Virus record (IMG/VR): IMGVR_UViG_3300005281_000021
Span: 1 to 64,000 of that record
Length of the DNA: 64,000 nucleotides
Reading direction: 5' to 3' (one strand)
Source of the DNA: a virus
Taxonomy: Duplodnaviria; Caudoviricetes
The notes below the pieces were generated by a model. The model was given only the letters and a program-made list of their open reading frames with translations. It was not told where the DNA came from and ran no database searches. This document shows, one piece after another, positions 9,683-19,516 of this stretch (within the stretch, counting starts at the first letter, position 1; the number at the start of each line of letters is the position of its first letter). A program made the position numbers and the translations under genes.

Positions 9683-9750
9683 AAAAAAAAGGCGGGCAGG
9701 CGGCAGCAGGGTCCGCCGTTCGGCCACGGGAGCTACCCGGTGCCTAGCCC
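9683..9750 (-). promoter_or_regulatory. structured leader/attenuator upstream of the primase
   Basis: three-way-junction pairing followed by U8, 30 nt before the start codon. Confidence 0.45.
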
Positions 9751-9835
9751 ATAAATCGAGGAGTACAGCGACAAGCAGCGCGCCAGCGAGACCGAAAGCC
9801 GGGCAATCGCGGGACGCGCAGGGTCGATCATGCCA

Positions 9836-10270
9836 TCAATCCGACTGCTTGTGTCGGGTCTTCCACTCGTGCAACAGCCCGCGCACATCGGTCGGCGTGC
9901 GCACCACGCCAGCGATGCCGCCGTCGGCGCGCACCTGATCGATGAACCGACGCTGATCTTCAGTGGGCTGGCCCTTGGGCGCCTTGGCCTCGCCGGCGGT
10001 GAACACCGCCACCCGCTGGCCGACCATCTCGGGTGTGATGACCACCGACGTCCAGCCGATGAGGTCGGACGCACCGACCACCGGTTTGTTGTCCGGGTAG
10101 CCGAGCCCCAGGTTGACTAGCTGCGGGTATTCGATTCGCACGGAGCCGTCCGGCATGCGCTCGGCACGACCGGCCCAAGCCCGGCCAGTGTTCAGGCGGA
10201 ACACCTTCGCGCCCTGCTTGCCGAACTCGAGCCAGCACTCGCGCTGCGCGGCGTTCTCACGGCTGCCCAT
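9836..10270 (-). CDS. VRR-NUC domain nuclease
   Basis: GASDLIG...EAK...EDQRRF...GGIAGVVR. Confidence 0.8.
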   Translation of the reverse strand: MGSRENAAQRECWLEFGKQGAKVFRLNTGRAWAGRAERMPDGSVRIEYPQLVNLGLGYPDNKPVVGASDLIGWTSVVITPEMVGQRVAVFTAGEAKAPKGQPTEDQRRFIDQVRADGGIAGVVRTPTDVRGLLHEWKTRHKQSD

Positions 10271-10592
10271 TGCCGCCCCGGTGGTGGCGCTCGATCCAGA
10301 TCACGGCGCCGGCGATGTAGACGATCGAGCCGAGCAGCTCGCGGATGGCCGCGTCGACCTGGCCGCGGTCGAGCATGCCTTGCGCCTCCTCCGACTTCTT
10401 GTCGGCCTGCCCGAGGAGAAAGCCGATTCCGCGCCGGTCGGCGATCTGCTGCATGGGCTGGCGATCGAAGGGAAGGTCGTTTGCATGGCGCTCCTTGCCC
10501 TTGCCGACGGCAGCCTGCTCGTAGGCGCGCCGCAGGACGTCGGCGAGGGACTCGTAGCCGAGAGCGATGGGTGCAGCGGTTGATCCGATCAT
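10257..10592 (-). CDS. conserved phage hypothetical protein
   Basis: GAGG RBS; QAAVGKGKERHA...GQADKK. Confidence 0.7.
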   Translation of the reverse strand: MIGSTAAPIALGYESLADVLRRAYEQAAVGKGKERHANDLPFDRQPMQQIADRRGIGFLLGQADKKSEEAQGMLDRGQVDAAIRELLGSIVYIAGAVIWIERHHRGGNGQP

Positions 10593-10599
10593 GGCCACC

Positions 10600-11058
10600 T
10601 CAGAAAGGGATGTCATCGTCGTCAACCGTACTCAAGGTGCCGCTGTCGATAGCCCGGGCAGGAGCCGCCTGCTGCTGGCGCGCCGCCGGAGCTGCCTGGC
10701 GCTGGCCACCGTCCTCGCTGCCACTGCTGCCGCCAAGCATCTGCAGCTGCTCGCCGATGATCTCGGTCGTGTACCGCTCGATGCCGTCCTTGTCCTGCCA
10801 TTTGCGAGTCTTGAGACGGCCCTCGATGTAGACCGAGCGGCCCTTGCGCAGGTATTCACCGGCGACCTCGGCCAGGCGGCGATACAGGACGACCCGGTGC
10901 CACTCGGTGTCCTCCTTCTTCTCGCCGGTGCTCTTGTCCTTCCACGACGAGGTCGTGGCGACCGACATGTTGCAGACGGCGTCGCCGTTCTGCATGTACT
11001 TCAGCTCGGGGTCTCGGCCTAAGTTGCCGACGATGATCACTTTGTTGACGGATGCCAT
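10600..11058 (-). CDS. ssb: single-stranded DNA-binding protein
   Basis: [18 protein letters not shown]...TEWHRVV...C-terminal DDDIPF. Confidence 0.97.
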   Translation of the reverse strand: MASVNKVIIVGNLGRDPELKYMQNGDAVCNMSVATTSSWKDKSTGEKKEDTEWHRVVLYRRLAEVAGEYLRKGRSVYIEGRLKTRKWQDKDGIERYTTEIIGEQLQMLGGSSGSEDGGQRQAAPAARQQQAAPARAIDSGTLSTVDDDDIPF

Positions 11059-11095
11059 AGCAGTCCTTGTCTGGGAAAGGCCCAACCGGGCCGGG

Positions 11096-12790
11096 TTAGA
11101 AACGGAGTGCGGCCTGCTCCTGCTGCGGAGCGACGGCACGCCAGACGGCGAAATGATCGTCGACCTTGGCGCGCAGCTCGCGCAGCTTGGCCGGCTTCAG
11201 GGACGGGACGCCGCTCAGGACGACGCCGAAGGTTTCCAGCACGGACTGGCCGGTCTCTTCCTTCCAGCGTCTCAGGTCGGCGACGAGCCCGTCGACAAGC
11301 TCTTGTTTTTCGCGGCGCGCCTTGAGACGGTAGAAGGCCTCGCCACGCGAGGCGCCAGCAGCCATCATTTCCTCAATGGTCTCGGCCCTGCGCAGCGCGA
11401 CCGACTTCGCCCGCCGGCGCGCCTCGCGCTCTTCGCGGGTGATCTCGCGCAGGTCGCCCTCGCGCTGCTCTACCTTGCGAGTCGCGGTCTCGTAGACGTG
11501 CCCGCACGGAGTCCCGTCGGGCAGGATGCCCGGGCAGACGGGCGCCACCTCGTGGATGGTGAAGCACTTAGGGCACTGCGCGAACCGAAGGCGCTGGTCT
11601 TGCTGCTCGCGCTTGGCTCCCTTGCGCTTCTTCTTGCCTTCGAGCGACCACTCCCGCGGGTCGTCGATCAGGCCATGCACCCAGGTCAAGCCAGCGTGGT
11701 CGAGCAGGATGGCGCGCGGCTTTGGCGACGCGGCGATCGCAGCCAGCCGGCCCTCGCGGGTCGACAGGTCGTAGCCGTCGGCGTAGACGGTGCGCAGCGC
11801 CCGGCCAGCCTGCTGGATGAACAGACCGAGCGACCTCGTCGGGCGCAGGAAGATCGCGCAGGTGATGGCCGGGATATCCGTGCCCTCGGAAATCACGTCG
11901 CAGGATACCAGGCCAGTCACGCGGCCATTGCCCAGGCCATCGATGAGGGACTTGCGCCGCTCGGCGGACATGGATCCGTCGATGACCTGGAAGTTAAACC
12001 CCGCAGCCTGAAACTCCGCGGCGACGTGCTGGCAGTGCTCGATCGAGACGCAGAACACAACCGTCGGCACGCCCGGGCAGATGCGCGAGTATTCGCGCAC
12101 GGCATTGCCGGTGACCTTCGGGCGGTCGACGCGCTCGGCGAGCGACTTCTTCTCGTAGTCGCCGGCCATCACCTTGACGCCGCTCAAGTCGATCTCTTCC
12201 TGCGGCGCGTAAATGGAGTAGTCAGACAGGAAGCCCTCGCGGATCAGCTCGGCGACGTCCGTGACCTCGATCAGGGTCTGGAACAGCCCGCCCGCCTCTT
12301 CGCCCAGGCCCTTCCCGTCGCCGCGCTGCGGCGTGGCGGTCACGCCGAGCATGCGCGGCTGGCCGAGCATGTCGTAGACCTTCCCGAAGGTGTTCGTCGC
12401 CAGCAGGTGGTGCGCTTCGTCGAGGATCATGAGCGAGAAGCGCTGGTAGTCCGGCGGGATCCTGCTCTTCTTCAGGCGCGAGAGCAGCGTGCCGATCGAC
12501 GCAACCTGCACTGGCTTTCGGTAGGCTGGCGAGAACCGCGGGTCGATGATGCCGTGGTCGACATCGAACCACGACAGCGTGCGCGAGATCTGGTCGATCA
12601 GCTCCTGCCGGTGCGCGACGATGATCACCCGGCGCCCGAGCCGGGTCGCGGACTCGGCGATGTATGAGAAGGTGACCGTTTTGCCGAACGCAGTCGGCGC
12701 GACCAGCAGCACCCGACGGAACTGGCCGAACGCTTCCCGCACCCGCTCGACGGCGAGCTGCTGCTTCGGGCGTAGCTGGATCTGGGACAT
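11096..12790 (-). CDS. superfamily 2 (DEAH) DNA helicase with zinc ribbon
   Basis: [27 protein letters not shown]. Confidence 0.92.
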   Translation of the reverse strand: MSQIQLRPKQQLAVERVREAFGQFRRVLLVAPTAFGKTVTFSYIAESATRLGRRVIIVAHRQELIDQISRTLSWFDVDHGIIDPRFSPAYRKPVQVASIGTLLSRLKKSRIPPDYQRFSLMILDEAHHLLATNTFGKVYDMLGQPRMLGVTATPQRGDGKGLGEEAGGLFQTLIEVTDVAELIREGFLSDYSIYAPQEEIDLSGVKVMAGDYEKKSLAERVDRPKVTGNAVREYSRICPGVPTVVFCVSIEHCQHVAAEFQAAGFNFQVIDGSMSAERRKSLIDGLGNGRVTGLVSCDVISEGTDIPAITCAIFLRPTRSLGLFIQQAGRALRTVYADGYDLSTREGRLAAIAASPKPRAILLDHAGLTWVHGLIDDPREWSLEGKKKRKGAKREQQDQRLRFAQCPKCFTIHEVAPVCPGILPDGTPCGHVYETATRKVEQREGDLREITREEREARRRAKSVALRRAETIEEMMAAGASRGEAFYRLKARREKQELVDGLVADLRRWKEETGQSVLETFGVVLSGVPSLKPAKLRELRAKVDDHFAVWRAVAPQQEQAALRF

Positions 12791-12805
12791 GGACGGCGCC
12801 CGTCG

Positions 12806-13078
12806 CTACTCGGCAGCCGTCCCACTGTTTTCGCCATCGCCCTGCTGCTCGCCGGCGGCATCGGCGGTGGCCTTGGCCGCTGCGTGCGCGGCCACGGTGT
12901 CCTGCATCTTCGCCAGGACGCGGATGGTCTTAGGCGGGCTCTGGCGCCAGCGATCAGGCGTGGCGCGGGCGACGCCAGCGGCGCGGCAGACACTGGTCAG
13001 GCTCATGCCAGCGGCCTTTGCGTCCTGCTGCAGCTCGTCGAGGGTAGCGCGGAAAACCTGCTCGAAATTCTTCTTCAT
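12806..13078 (-). CDS. Cro-like HTH regulator
   Basis: SLTSVCRAAGVARATPDRWR; first gene of the leftward replication operon. Confidence 0.65.
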   Translation of the reverse strand: MKKNFEQVFRATLDELQQDAKAAGMSLTSVCRAAGVARATPDRWRQSPPKTIRVLAKMQDTVAAHAAAKATADAAGEQQGDGENSGTAAE

Positions 13079-13107
13079 GGCAGTTGAGACAAGTAGACGT
13101 GGGGCCG

Positions 13108-13246
13108 ATTTTCACAAAAATTGAGTAAAACCGCAAACCGAGAACGGTGAACAATGGTGAACACACGGGAATTTACATGACGTTACAATAAACCCCGAGA
13201 AAAAGCGGGCGCATTTATTGATGCTTGCTCAAAATCGAGGAACAAT
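13108..13246. promoter_or_regulatory. divergent sigma70-type promoter region
   Basis: minus TTGCGG-17-GAAAAT; plus TTGATG-17-AACAAT; GGTGAACA direct repeats at 13146 and 13156. Confidence 0.55.
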
Positions 13247-13283
13247 CCCGGTCGTCACTTCCACCCAACAACCAAGGACGACC

Positions 13284-14141
13284 ATGGAACAGCCGCTCCA
13301 AGGGCTGGTCGACGTCAGCAATGACGCCTATCACTCCGGCCCAGGCATCAGCAAAAGCCATCTCGACTGGATCGCGCCCGAGATGGGCCGCACCCCCCTC
13401 CACTACTGGAACCGCTACATCAACCCCGACCGCGAGCCGGACAAGCAGACGCCGGCAAAGGTGCTCGGCACGGCCATCCATACGGCCATCCTGGAGCCTG
13501 ATCTGCTCTCCGATCGGGTCGTGCCGGGCCTCGACATCGACCGGCGCAGCAACGCCAACAGGCAGGCCTGGGCAGATTTCGAGAAGGCCAACGCCGGCAA
13601 GATCATCCTGCCGGGCGACGCCTACCAGACCGTCCTGGCGATCCGCGACGCGGTACACCGGCACCCGGTCGCTGGGCCACTGCTGCAGGGAATCAAAACC
13701 GAGCAGAGCTTCTACGCGACGGACAAGGAGACCGGTGAACTGATCAAGTGCCGGTTCGACGCGCTGGCCGACTCCGGCGAGTACGCGCTCGACCTGAAGT
13801 CCACCGAGAACGCAGGGCCGGCGGCGTTCGGGCGGTCTGCGGCCAACTACCGCTACCACCTGCAGCCGCCCTGGTACTTCGACATCCTGCGCGACCTGTA
13901 CGGCGAGACGCCGAAGTACTGGATGTTCCTCGCGGTCGAGAAAGAGCCGCCCCACGCCATCGGCATCTATTACGCGCAGGACGAGGACATCGAATTCGGT
14001 CGCAAGATCGCCCGGCGCGACCTGCGCCGCATCGTCGAGTGCAAGCAGCAAGACTACTGGCCGGACTACGCAGCGCAGGCCATGCCGCTGCAGCTGCCCG
14101 CTTGGTACACGCACCAGGCCGAAAACGCGGAGATGGCGTGA
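13284..14141 (+). CDS. RecE/exodeoxyribonuclease VIII-like PD-(D/E)XK exonuclease
   Basis: YHSGPGISKSHL, GTAIHTAILEP, KCRFD...DLKST, YHLQ. Confidence 0.88.
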   Translation: MEQPLQGLVDVSNDAYHSGPGISKSHLDWIAPEMGRTPLHYWNRYINPDREPDKQTPAKVLGTAIHTAILEPDLLSDRVVPGLDIDRRSNANRQAWADFEKANAGKIILPGDAYQTVLAIRDAVHRHPVAGPLLQGIKTEQSFYATDKETGELIKCRFDALADSGEYALDLKSTENAGPAAFGRSAANYRYHLQPPWYFDILRDLYGETPKYWMFLAVEKEPPHAIGIYYAQDEDIEFGRKIARRDLRRIVECKQQDYWPDYAAQAMPLQLPAWYTHQAENAEMA

Positions 14142-14536
14142 TGGACGCACGGGCAGAATGGGTCGAGCGCCACATCGGGCGCACACTGACGGACTTCCAG
14201 CGCAGAGCTGTCGTGCTGCTCTGCCGGGCGATGCGCTGCGGGCCGTATGACTTTGCGAGGACGTTCGAGCGCGCGGACTGGGCATTCGGCAGCGGCGTGC
14301 GATTTGTCGTCGACCACCCTCGCCTCGCTACCTTCGACAGCCCAGGACTGACCACGCTGGTGATCGGCGCTCACGACGAGTGCATCCGCGTCGAGATCAG
14401 CCCGGCCAATTTCCGCTGCCTGACGATCTGCATGTGGCCGCGCCAGCGCGAGGGCGAAATCCACCAGCGCCACCCGACCATGGAGCAGGCCATCAATACT
14501 TACCGCTGGACACCCCCAACCAAGGAGCAATCGTGA
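14141..14536 (+). CDS. conserved phage hypothetical protein
   Basis: coupled start; LATFD...LTTLVIGAHDECIRVEI...HPTME. Confidence 0.7.
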   Translation: MDARAEWVERHIGRTLTDFQRRAVVLLCRAMRCGPYDFARTFERADWAFGSGVRFVVDHPRLATFDSPGLTTLVIGAHDECIRVEISPANFRCLTICMWPRQREGEIHQRHPTMEQAINTYRWTPPTKEQS

Positions 14537-15864
14537 AAATCAGCCACATCCGCATATCGAAGATCCTGGGGATCGACGAACTCGAATTTTCCCCGGGCGC
14601 CGGCTTCACAGAGATCCGAGGGCCGAACGGCGCCGGCAAGACGTCGATCATGGAAGCCATCAAGTCGGCGCTGGCCGGCGGGCACGACGCCACGCTGCTG
14701 CGCAAGGGCGCCGACAAGGGCGAGATCGTCCTCGTGCTCGATGACGGCAGCGAGATCCACCGCAAGGTGACCGCCAAGGGCACCACGACAGAACTGGTGC
14801 GCGACGGAAGGAAGCAGGCCAAGCCGGTCGAGACGATCAAGGCGCTGACCGACATGCTCTCGGTCAATCCGGTCGACTTCCTGCGCGCGCCAGCGAAAGA
14901 CCGGGTGCGCGTCCTGCTGGAATCGATGCCGCTGCAAGCCGATCCCCAGAAGCTGGCGGAGATCGTCGGGCAGCCGGTCAACATCGCGCCGGGCACCCAC
15001 GCGCTGTACGCGATCGAGACGGTGCACAAGCAGATCTACGACGAGCGCACCGGACTGAACCGCGCCGTGCGCGAGAAGGACGCCACGATCAACCAGCTGA
15101 CCGCGGCCATGCCTGAAGCGCCAGGCGGCGTTGAGGGCGACGAGGGCGAGATGCAGGCGCAGCTCGACACCGCCCGCAACGCACGCGATGACATGATGCG
15201 CCGCATCGACGCGCAACTGGCTAAGATGGTGTCCGTCATCCAGGAGCGCAAGGACTCACTGAAGGCAGAAGCGCAGCGCAAGATCGACGAGATCAAGGCG
15301 CAGCTCGCCGCAGACCTCGAAGCCGCAGACGCGGAGAGGGCCGATATCGAGCGCCGGGCGCAGGCCAAGCGCGACGAAACCGAGACAAACTTCCAGGCGG
15401 TCAGTGGCCCGCTGCGCGAAGCTCTCGCGGCCATCCGCGCCAACCGCGACGCGGCAGCCAAGCGCCAGCAGCAGGCCAAGATCATCGAGCAGATGAAGGA
15501 CGAACTGGCCGAGCTGCGCGAGCAGGCCGAAGCCAAGACGCAAGCCCTGCAGGCGCTCGAGCAGTACAAGCGCGACCTGCTGGCCAGCCTGCCTATTGCC
15601 GGACTCGAAGTCACCGAGGGCGAGATCCTGCGCAACGGCGTGCCTTTCGACAGACTCAACACTGCGCAGCAGGTCGAGGTCGCGGTCGAGATCGCAAAGC
15701 TGCGCGCAGGCGAGCTGGGCGTGGTGTGCGTGGACAACATCGAGCTGCTCGACAATTCGACTTTTGTCGCATTCCGCGACCGGATCACAGAATCGGGTCT
15801 TCAACTTTTCGTTAGCCGCGTGCTGCCCGAGGGCGACTTCGCCATCGATACCGATGGTGACTGA
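14533..15864 (+). CDS. SMC/Rad50-like ABC ATPase with coiled coil
   Basis: GPNGAGKTS Walker A, long coiled coil, LNTAQQ signature-like, VCVDNIE Walker B. Confidence 0.82.
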   Translation: MKISHIRISKILGIDELEFSPGAGFTEIRGPNGAGKTSIMEAIKSALAGGHDATLLRKGADKGEIVLVLDDGSEIHRKVTAKGTTTELVRDGRKQAKPVETIKALTDMLSVNPVDFLRAPAKDRVRVLLESMPLQADPQKLAEIVGQPVNIAPGTHALYAIETVHKQIYDERTGLNRAVREKDATINQLTAAMPEAPGGVEGDEGEMQAQLDTARNARDDMMRRIDAQLAKMVSVIQERKDSLKAEAQRKIDEIKAQLAADLEAADAERADIERRAQAKRDETETNFQAVSGPLREALAAIRANRDAAAKRQQQAKIIEQMKDELAELREQAEAKTQALQALEQYKRDLLASLPIAGLEVTEGEILRNGVPFDRLNTAQQVEVAVEIAKLRAGELGVVCVDNIELLDNSTFVAFRDRITESGLQLFVSRVLPEGDFAIDTDGD

Positions 15865-15991
15865 ACAATGCAAAAACGCCCGGAAAGTTACCCGGGCATC
15901 TCAGAGTTTCGCTGTAACTCCCGCTTTTCCGGTAAGATCATCCCGCGATTTCGATTACTCATTTTTTAACCGCTAATTCCCAGGAATACCT

Positions 15992-17125
15992 ATGAACAAC
16001 ATTGTCACCCAGGAGCAAAAGCCGTCCACGTCTCCGGTCGTTCGCAACCCGAACACCCCTCCCGCCCCATACAATCCCTTCGCAAGGATGCATGCCAGCC
16101 ACGTGAACGCGGGCACGATCGCCATCGAGTCCGAGCGCGCCATCGCCGACTCGCAGGTGAAGATGCTCATGGCGCAGCGCTTCCCCAGGGACGAAGCCGC
16201 GGCATTCGCGCGCGCCATGGAAGCCTGCCAGCGCCCGAGCCTCGCGGCGGTGGCGTTTTACTCTTATCCGCGCGGCGGAGAGTCGATCAGCGGTCCGTCC
16301 ATCAGGCTGGCCGAGGAACTGGCCCGCTGCTGGGGCCGCATCGAGTACGGCATCCGCGAGCTGGCGCGCAACGAGGAATCCTCGGAGATGCAGGCCTACG
16401 CCATCGACCTGGAGAACCTCGTCTACGTGACGAAAAATTTCACGGTCCGGCACGTGCGCGACCGGAAAAGTGGCAAGGTCTCGCTCACCGACGAGCGCGA
16501 CATCTACGAGCTGACGGCCAACCAGGGCAGCCGACGCGTCCGCGCATGCATCATGGCCGTGCTCCCGCCCGACCTGAAAGACGCAGCCGTCGAGCAGTGC
16601 CGCAAGACGATCGCCGAGGGAAGTGGCAACGTGCCGATCGGCGACCGGATCAAGCGCATGGTGCTGGCCTTCGGCAAGCTCGGCGTCTCCGACGAGCTGC
16701 TCGTCAAGCGCCTGGGCCACAGGCTCGACCAGACCACCCCGGACGAGCTGGCCGACCTGCACGGCATCTACAGCAGCATCAAGGACGGCGTGACCAAGAT
16801 CGACGACTGGTTCGGGGACAGCCACGGCACCAGCGACGATGACGATGGCGATGCGAAATCCGGCATCGCCAGCGTGATCCAGAAGCAAGCTGCCAAGGCA
16901 GCGGCCAAGCAACCTCCTGCGGCAACCGCGGCGGAATCCGCAGCACCCGCTGCAGCGAATGCCGCGGCTCAGGCCAAAACCAAGGCGGCACAACAAGAGA
17001 AAGGCAAAAAAGATGAAGCGCATGACGCGCCCCAAAAAGCAGATCCTCCTGCAAGCGAACCCGCTGACCAGCAGGAGGAAGTAAATGTTCCTGCCGACGG
17101 TGATGATGATGGCCCGGTGTTCTGA
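15992..17125 (+). CDS. putative recombination/ssDNA-annealing protein
   Basis: FPRD...FYSYPRGG...GPSIRLAEELARCWG core, acidic tail ending in F; located in the recombination module. Confidence 0.55.
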   Translation: MNNIVTQEQKPSTSPVVRNPNTPPAPYNPFARMHASHVNAGTIAIESERAIADSQVKMLMAQRFPRDEAAAFARAMEACQRPSLAAVAFYSYPRGGESISGPSIRLAEELARCWGRIEYGIRELARNEESSEMQAYAIDLENLVYVTKNFTVRHVRDRKSGKVSLTDERDIYELTANQGSRRVRACIMAVLPPDLKDAAVEQCRKTIAEGSGNVPIGDRIKRMVLAFGKLGVSDELLVKRLGHRLDQTTPDELADLHGIYSSIKDGVTKIDDWFGDSHGTSDDDDGDAKSGIASVIQKQAAKAAAKQPPAATAAESAAPAAANAAAQAKTKAAQQEKGKKDEAHDAPQKADPPASEPADQQEEVNVPADGDDDGPVF

Positions 17126-17126
17126 G

Positions 17127-17336
17127 ATGGATACGACCACCCCCCAGCTCCTGAGACCCGCCGAAGCGTCCGCGTATCTCCGTGTGGCAGAACGCACACT
17201 GGCGAACTGGCGAACGAAAGGTGAAGGGCCTCGGTTCCTGAAGCTGGGCGGTCGGGTGTTCTACTCGACCGAGGAACTCGACCGGTGGAAGCAGGCACGC
17301 ACATACTCGTCGACCAGCAGCTACCGGGCAGTCTAA
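17127..17336 (+). CDS. excisionase-like HTH protein
   Basis: LLRPAEASAYLRVAERTLANWRTKGEGPRFLKLGGRVFY. Confidence 0.85.
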   Translation: MDTTTPQLLRPAEASAYLRVAERTLANWRTKGEGPRFLKLGGRVFYSTEELDRWKQARTYSSTSSYRAV

Positions 17337-17379
17337 CTACCTTCGCGGGGTGGGGCTAATAACCCTGCCCCCCTCTTCC

Positions 17380-18489
17380 ATGCAATTCGAAGGACAGCAA
17401 GCAGCCGCCCTGCGGGAGGTGCAGCGGTGGCTAAGGGATCCTCGCGCCCCGCAAGTGTTCCGACTCTTCGGTTTCGCGGGATCCGGCAAGACGACGCTGG
17501 CGAAAGAAATCGCCAACATGGTGAGCGGCCCAGTCCTCTACTGTACCTTCACGGGCAAGGCCGCGCTCGTGCTGGCGCAGAAAGGATGCCACCCGGCCAG
17601 CACCATCCACAGCCTGATATACCGGGCCATCGAGGATCCAGAAACTGGTCACGTCACCTTCGTCCTCAATGACGAGAGCGACGCATTGACCGCCGGCCTG
17701 ATCATCGTCGACGAGGTGTCAATGGTCGGGCCGGACATCGGCAACGACCTGCTCTCGTTTGGCACCCGGATCCTGGTGCTCGGCGACCCGGCGCAGCTGC
17801 CGCCGATCAATGGCGCCGGCTTCTTCACGTCCGACGCGCCGGACTTCATGCTGACCGAGATCCACCGCCAGGCGGCGGACAACCCGATCATCCGCATGTC
17901 GATGGACGTGCGCCAGGGAAAGAAGCTGGCGATCGGCACCTACGGCGACAGCAAGGTCATCCGGCGCGCCGACGTCGAGCGCAGCGAGATCCTGCAGGCC
18001 GACCAGATACTGGTCGGGCTCAACCGCACCCGGCGCACATTCAATGCCCGCATGCGCGAGCTGCTCGGACACGACAGCCCCTACCCGGTCTCGGGCGACC
18101 GGCTTGTCTGCCTGCGCAACAACAGGGCCAAGGGCCTGCTCAACGGCGGGTTGTGGACGGCGCGGCGCGCCTACATCACCGGCGCCAAGCACAAGCGGGT
18201 CGCCATGGAGGTCACGTCCCTGGACGACCCGACCGGGGCCGGCGCGCCCATCGAGGTCGAGGTGCCGGTGCAATTCTTCGCCGGCCAGGAGGACGACCTC
18301 GAGTGGCAAGTACGCAAGCAGCACGACGAATTCACATATGGCTACGCCCTCACGGTGCACAAGGCCCAGGGCAGCCAGTGGGATCACGTCGTGCTGTTCG
18401 ACGAGTCTGCCACCTTCCGGGATTCCCGAATCAACCACCTCTACACAGGCATCACCCGCGCAGCGGAGCGGGTCACCGTGGTCGTGTAA
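17380..18489 (+). CDS. RecD/Dda-like SF1B helicase
   Basis: GFAGSGKTT, IVDEVSM, GDPAQLPP, YALTVHKAQGSQW, YTGITRA. Confidence 0.92.
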   Translation: MQFEGQQAAALREVQRWLRDPRAPQVFRLFGFAGSGKTTLAKEIANMVSGPVLYCTFTGKAALVLAQKGCHPASTIHSLIYRAIEDPETGHVTFVLNDESDALTAGLIIVDEVSMVGPDIGNDLLSFGTRILVLGDPAQLPPINGAGFFTSDAPDFMLTEIHRQAADNPIIRMSMDVRQGKKLAIGTYGDSKVIRRADVERSEILQADQILVGLNRTRRTFNARMRELLGHDSPYPVSGDRLVCLRNNRAKGLLNGGLWTARRAYITGAKHKRVAMEVTSLDDPTGAGAPIEVEVPVQFFAGQEDDLEWQVRKQHDEFTYGYALTVHKAQGSQWDHVVLFDESATFRDSRINHLYTGITRAAERVTVVV

Positions 18490-18500
18490 CAGGAGAACAC

Positions 18501-18722
18501 ATGCCTCACCCCACCCATGTCGCCGCCCCGCCGGGCGAGATCTTCTGGCGCTACGAGGTGCCCGAGAACCGGTCGGCCAAGATGCTGCTGCTGACCATCG
18601 GCGGCATCTGCGTCCTCGGCCAGTGGCAGGGCCGGCTGGGCGAACAATTCATGGCATGGAGTCCCATGCCCAAACGCAACCGCGACGCCGAGCGTCGCCT
18701 GTTTCCGAAGGAGAAAAAGTGA
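18501..18722 (+). CDS. hypothetical phage protein
   Basis: AGGAG RBS; KMLLLTIGGICVLGQW...AWSPMPK. Confidence 0.7.
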   Translation: MPHPTHVAAPPGEIFWRYEVPENRSAKMLLLTIGGICVLGQWQGRLGEQFMAWSPMPKRNRDAERRLFPKEKK

Positions 18723-19132
18723 GCATCGAGATCAACGAGGAACAAGTCGCCAAGGCCGCGCAGGATCTGCAGGCGCAGTGCTTCGGGCTGGCCAGCGCCA
18801 GCGGCTGGTGGACTGACCCCGAGACCGGCAAGGACGTCCGGACGTGGCCGGACGGTACCCTCAAGCTGTGGATCGCGGCCAAGCTGGCGCTGGTGCATTC
18901 CGAGGTCAGCGAGGCCCTCGAGGGTCTGCGCAAGGGCCAGATGGACGACAAGCTGCCCCACCGCTCCATGCTCGAGGTGGAGCTGGCCGATACCGTGATT
19001 CGGATCTTCGACCTGGCTGGCGGGCTGGGCTTGGACATGGGCGGCGCGATCGCCGAGAAGCTGCGCTACAACGCCAGCCGGGCCGACCATAGGATGGAAT
19101 CACGGCGCGCCGCCGGCGGCAAGGCGTTCTAG
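18719..19132 (+). CDS. MazG-like NTP pyrophosphohydrolase
   Basis: LALVHSEVSEALEGLRK...EVELADTVIRIFDL...EKLRYN. Confidence 0.85.
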   Translation: MSIEINEEQVAKAAQDLQAQCFGLASASGWWTDPETGKDVRTWPDGTLKLWIAAKLALVHSEVSEALEGLRKGQMDDKLPHRSMLEVELADTVIRIFDLAGGLGLDMGGAIAEKLRYNASRADHRMESRRAAGGKAF

Positions 19133-19166
19133 GCAAATCCCGGTCGTTACCGCCCGGTCCTGCATT

Positions 19167-19191
19167 TTTGTGCGCCCGACCTGCGCCCGAA
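19167..19191 (+). repeat. integrase arm-type site, left
   Basis: TTTGTGCGCCCGACCTGCGCCCGAA, identical to 19451-19475. Confidence 0.75.
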
Positions 19192-19278
19192 CTTTTCCAC
19201 TGCCCGCCGAGCACCAGTTGACTGGCGGGCCGACTTGCTCCTAAGTGATTGGGAACCCGTGATGTTTTGGTGACGAAG

Positions 19279-19323
19279 TGGCGCGCCCGAAAGGATTCGA
19301 ACCTCTGACCCCCAGATTCGTAG
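19279..19323 (-). mobile_element. attP core: 3' half of tRNA-Arg(ACG)
   Basis: minus strand CTACGAATCTGGGGGTCAGAGGTTCGAATCCTTTCGGGCGCGCCA (anticodon loop, T arm, CCA); 5' half absent. Confidence 0.88.
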
Positions 19324-19450
19324 GAAGTTACTCGGGGTCTGCCACGACATCCTTCCGCATCACCAGAGTGAGCAAAACGTAACGGGTTTCAACGGTTTTC
19401 AGCCTGCACAACAGCACGGCGATGACCGAACCTAACCCACGGATCCCGGA

Positions 19451-19475
19451 TTTGTGCGCCCGACCTGCGCCCGAA
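19451..19475 (+). repeat. integrase arm-type site, right
   Basis: second exact copy of the 25-bp repeat. Confidence 0.75.
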
Positions 19476-19516
19476 ATCCGGGGCCGGACGCAAGCACCAG
19501 ACTCAGGACTCACACA

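Noticed and set aside
19279-19323. Functional tRNA-Arg gene
   Set aside because: Only the 3' half is present; upstream sequence lacks the D arm and the 5' acceptor strand, so it is called attP
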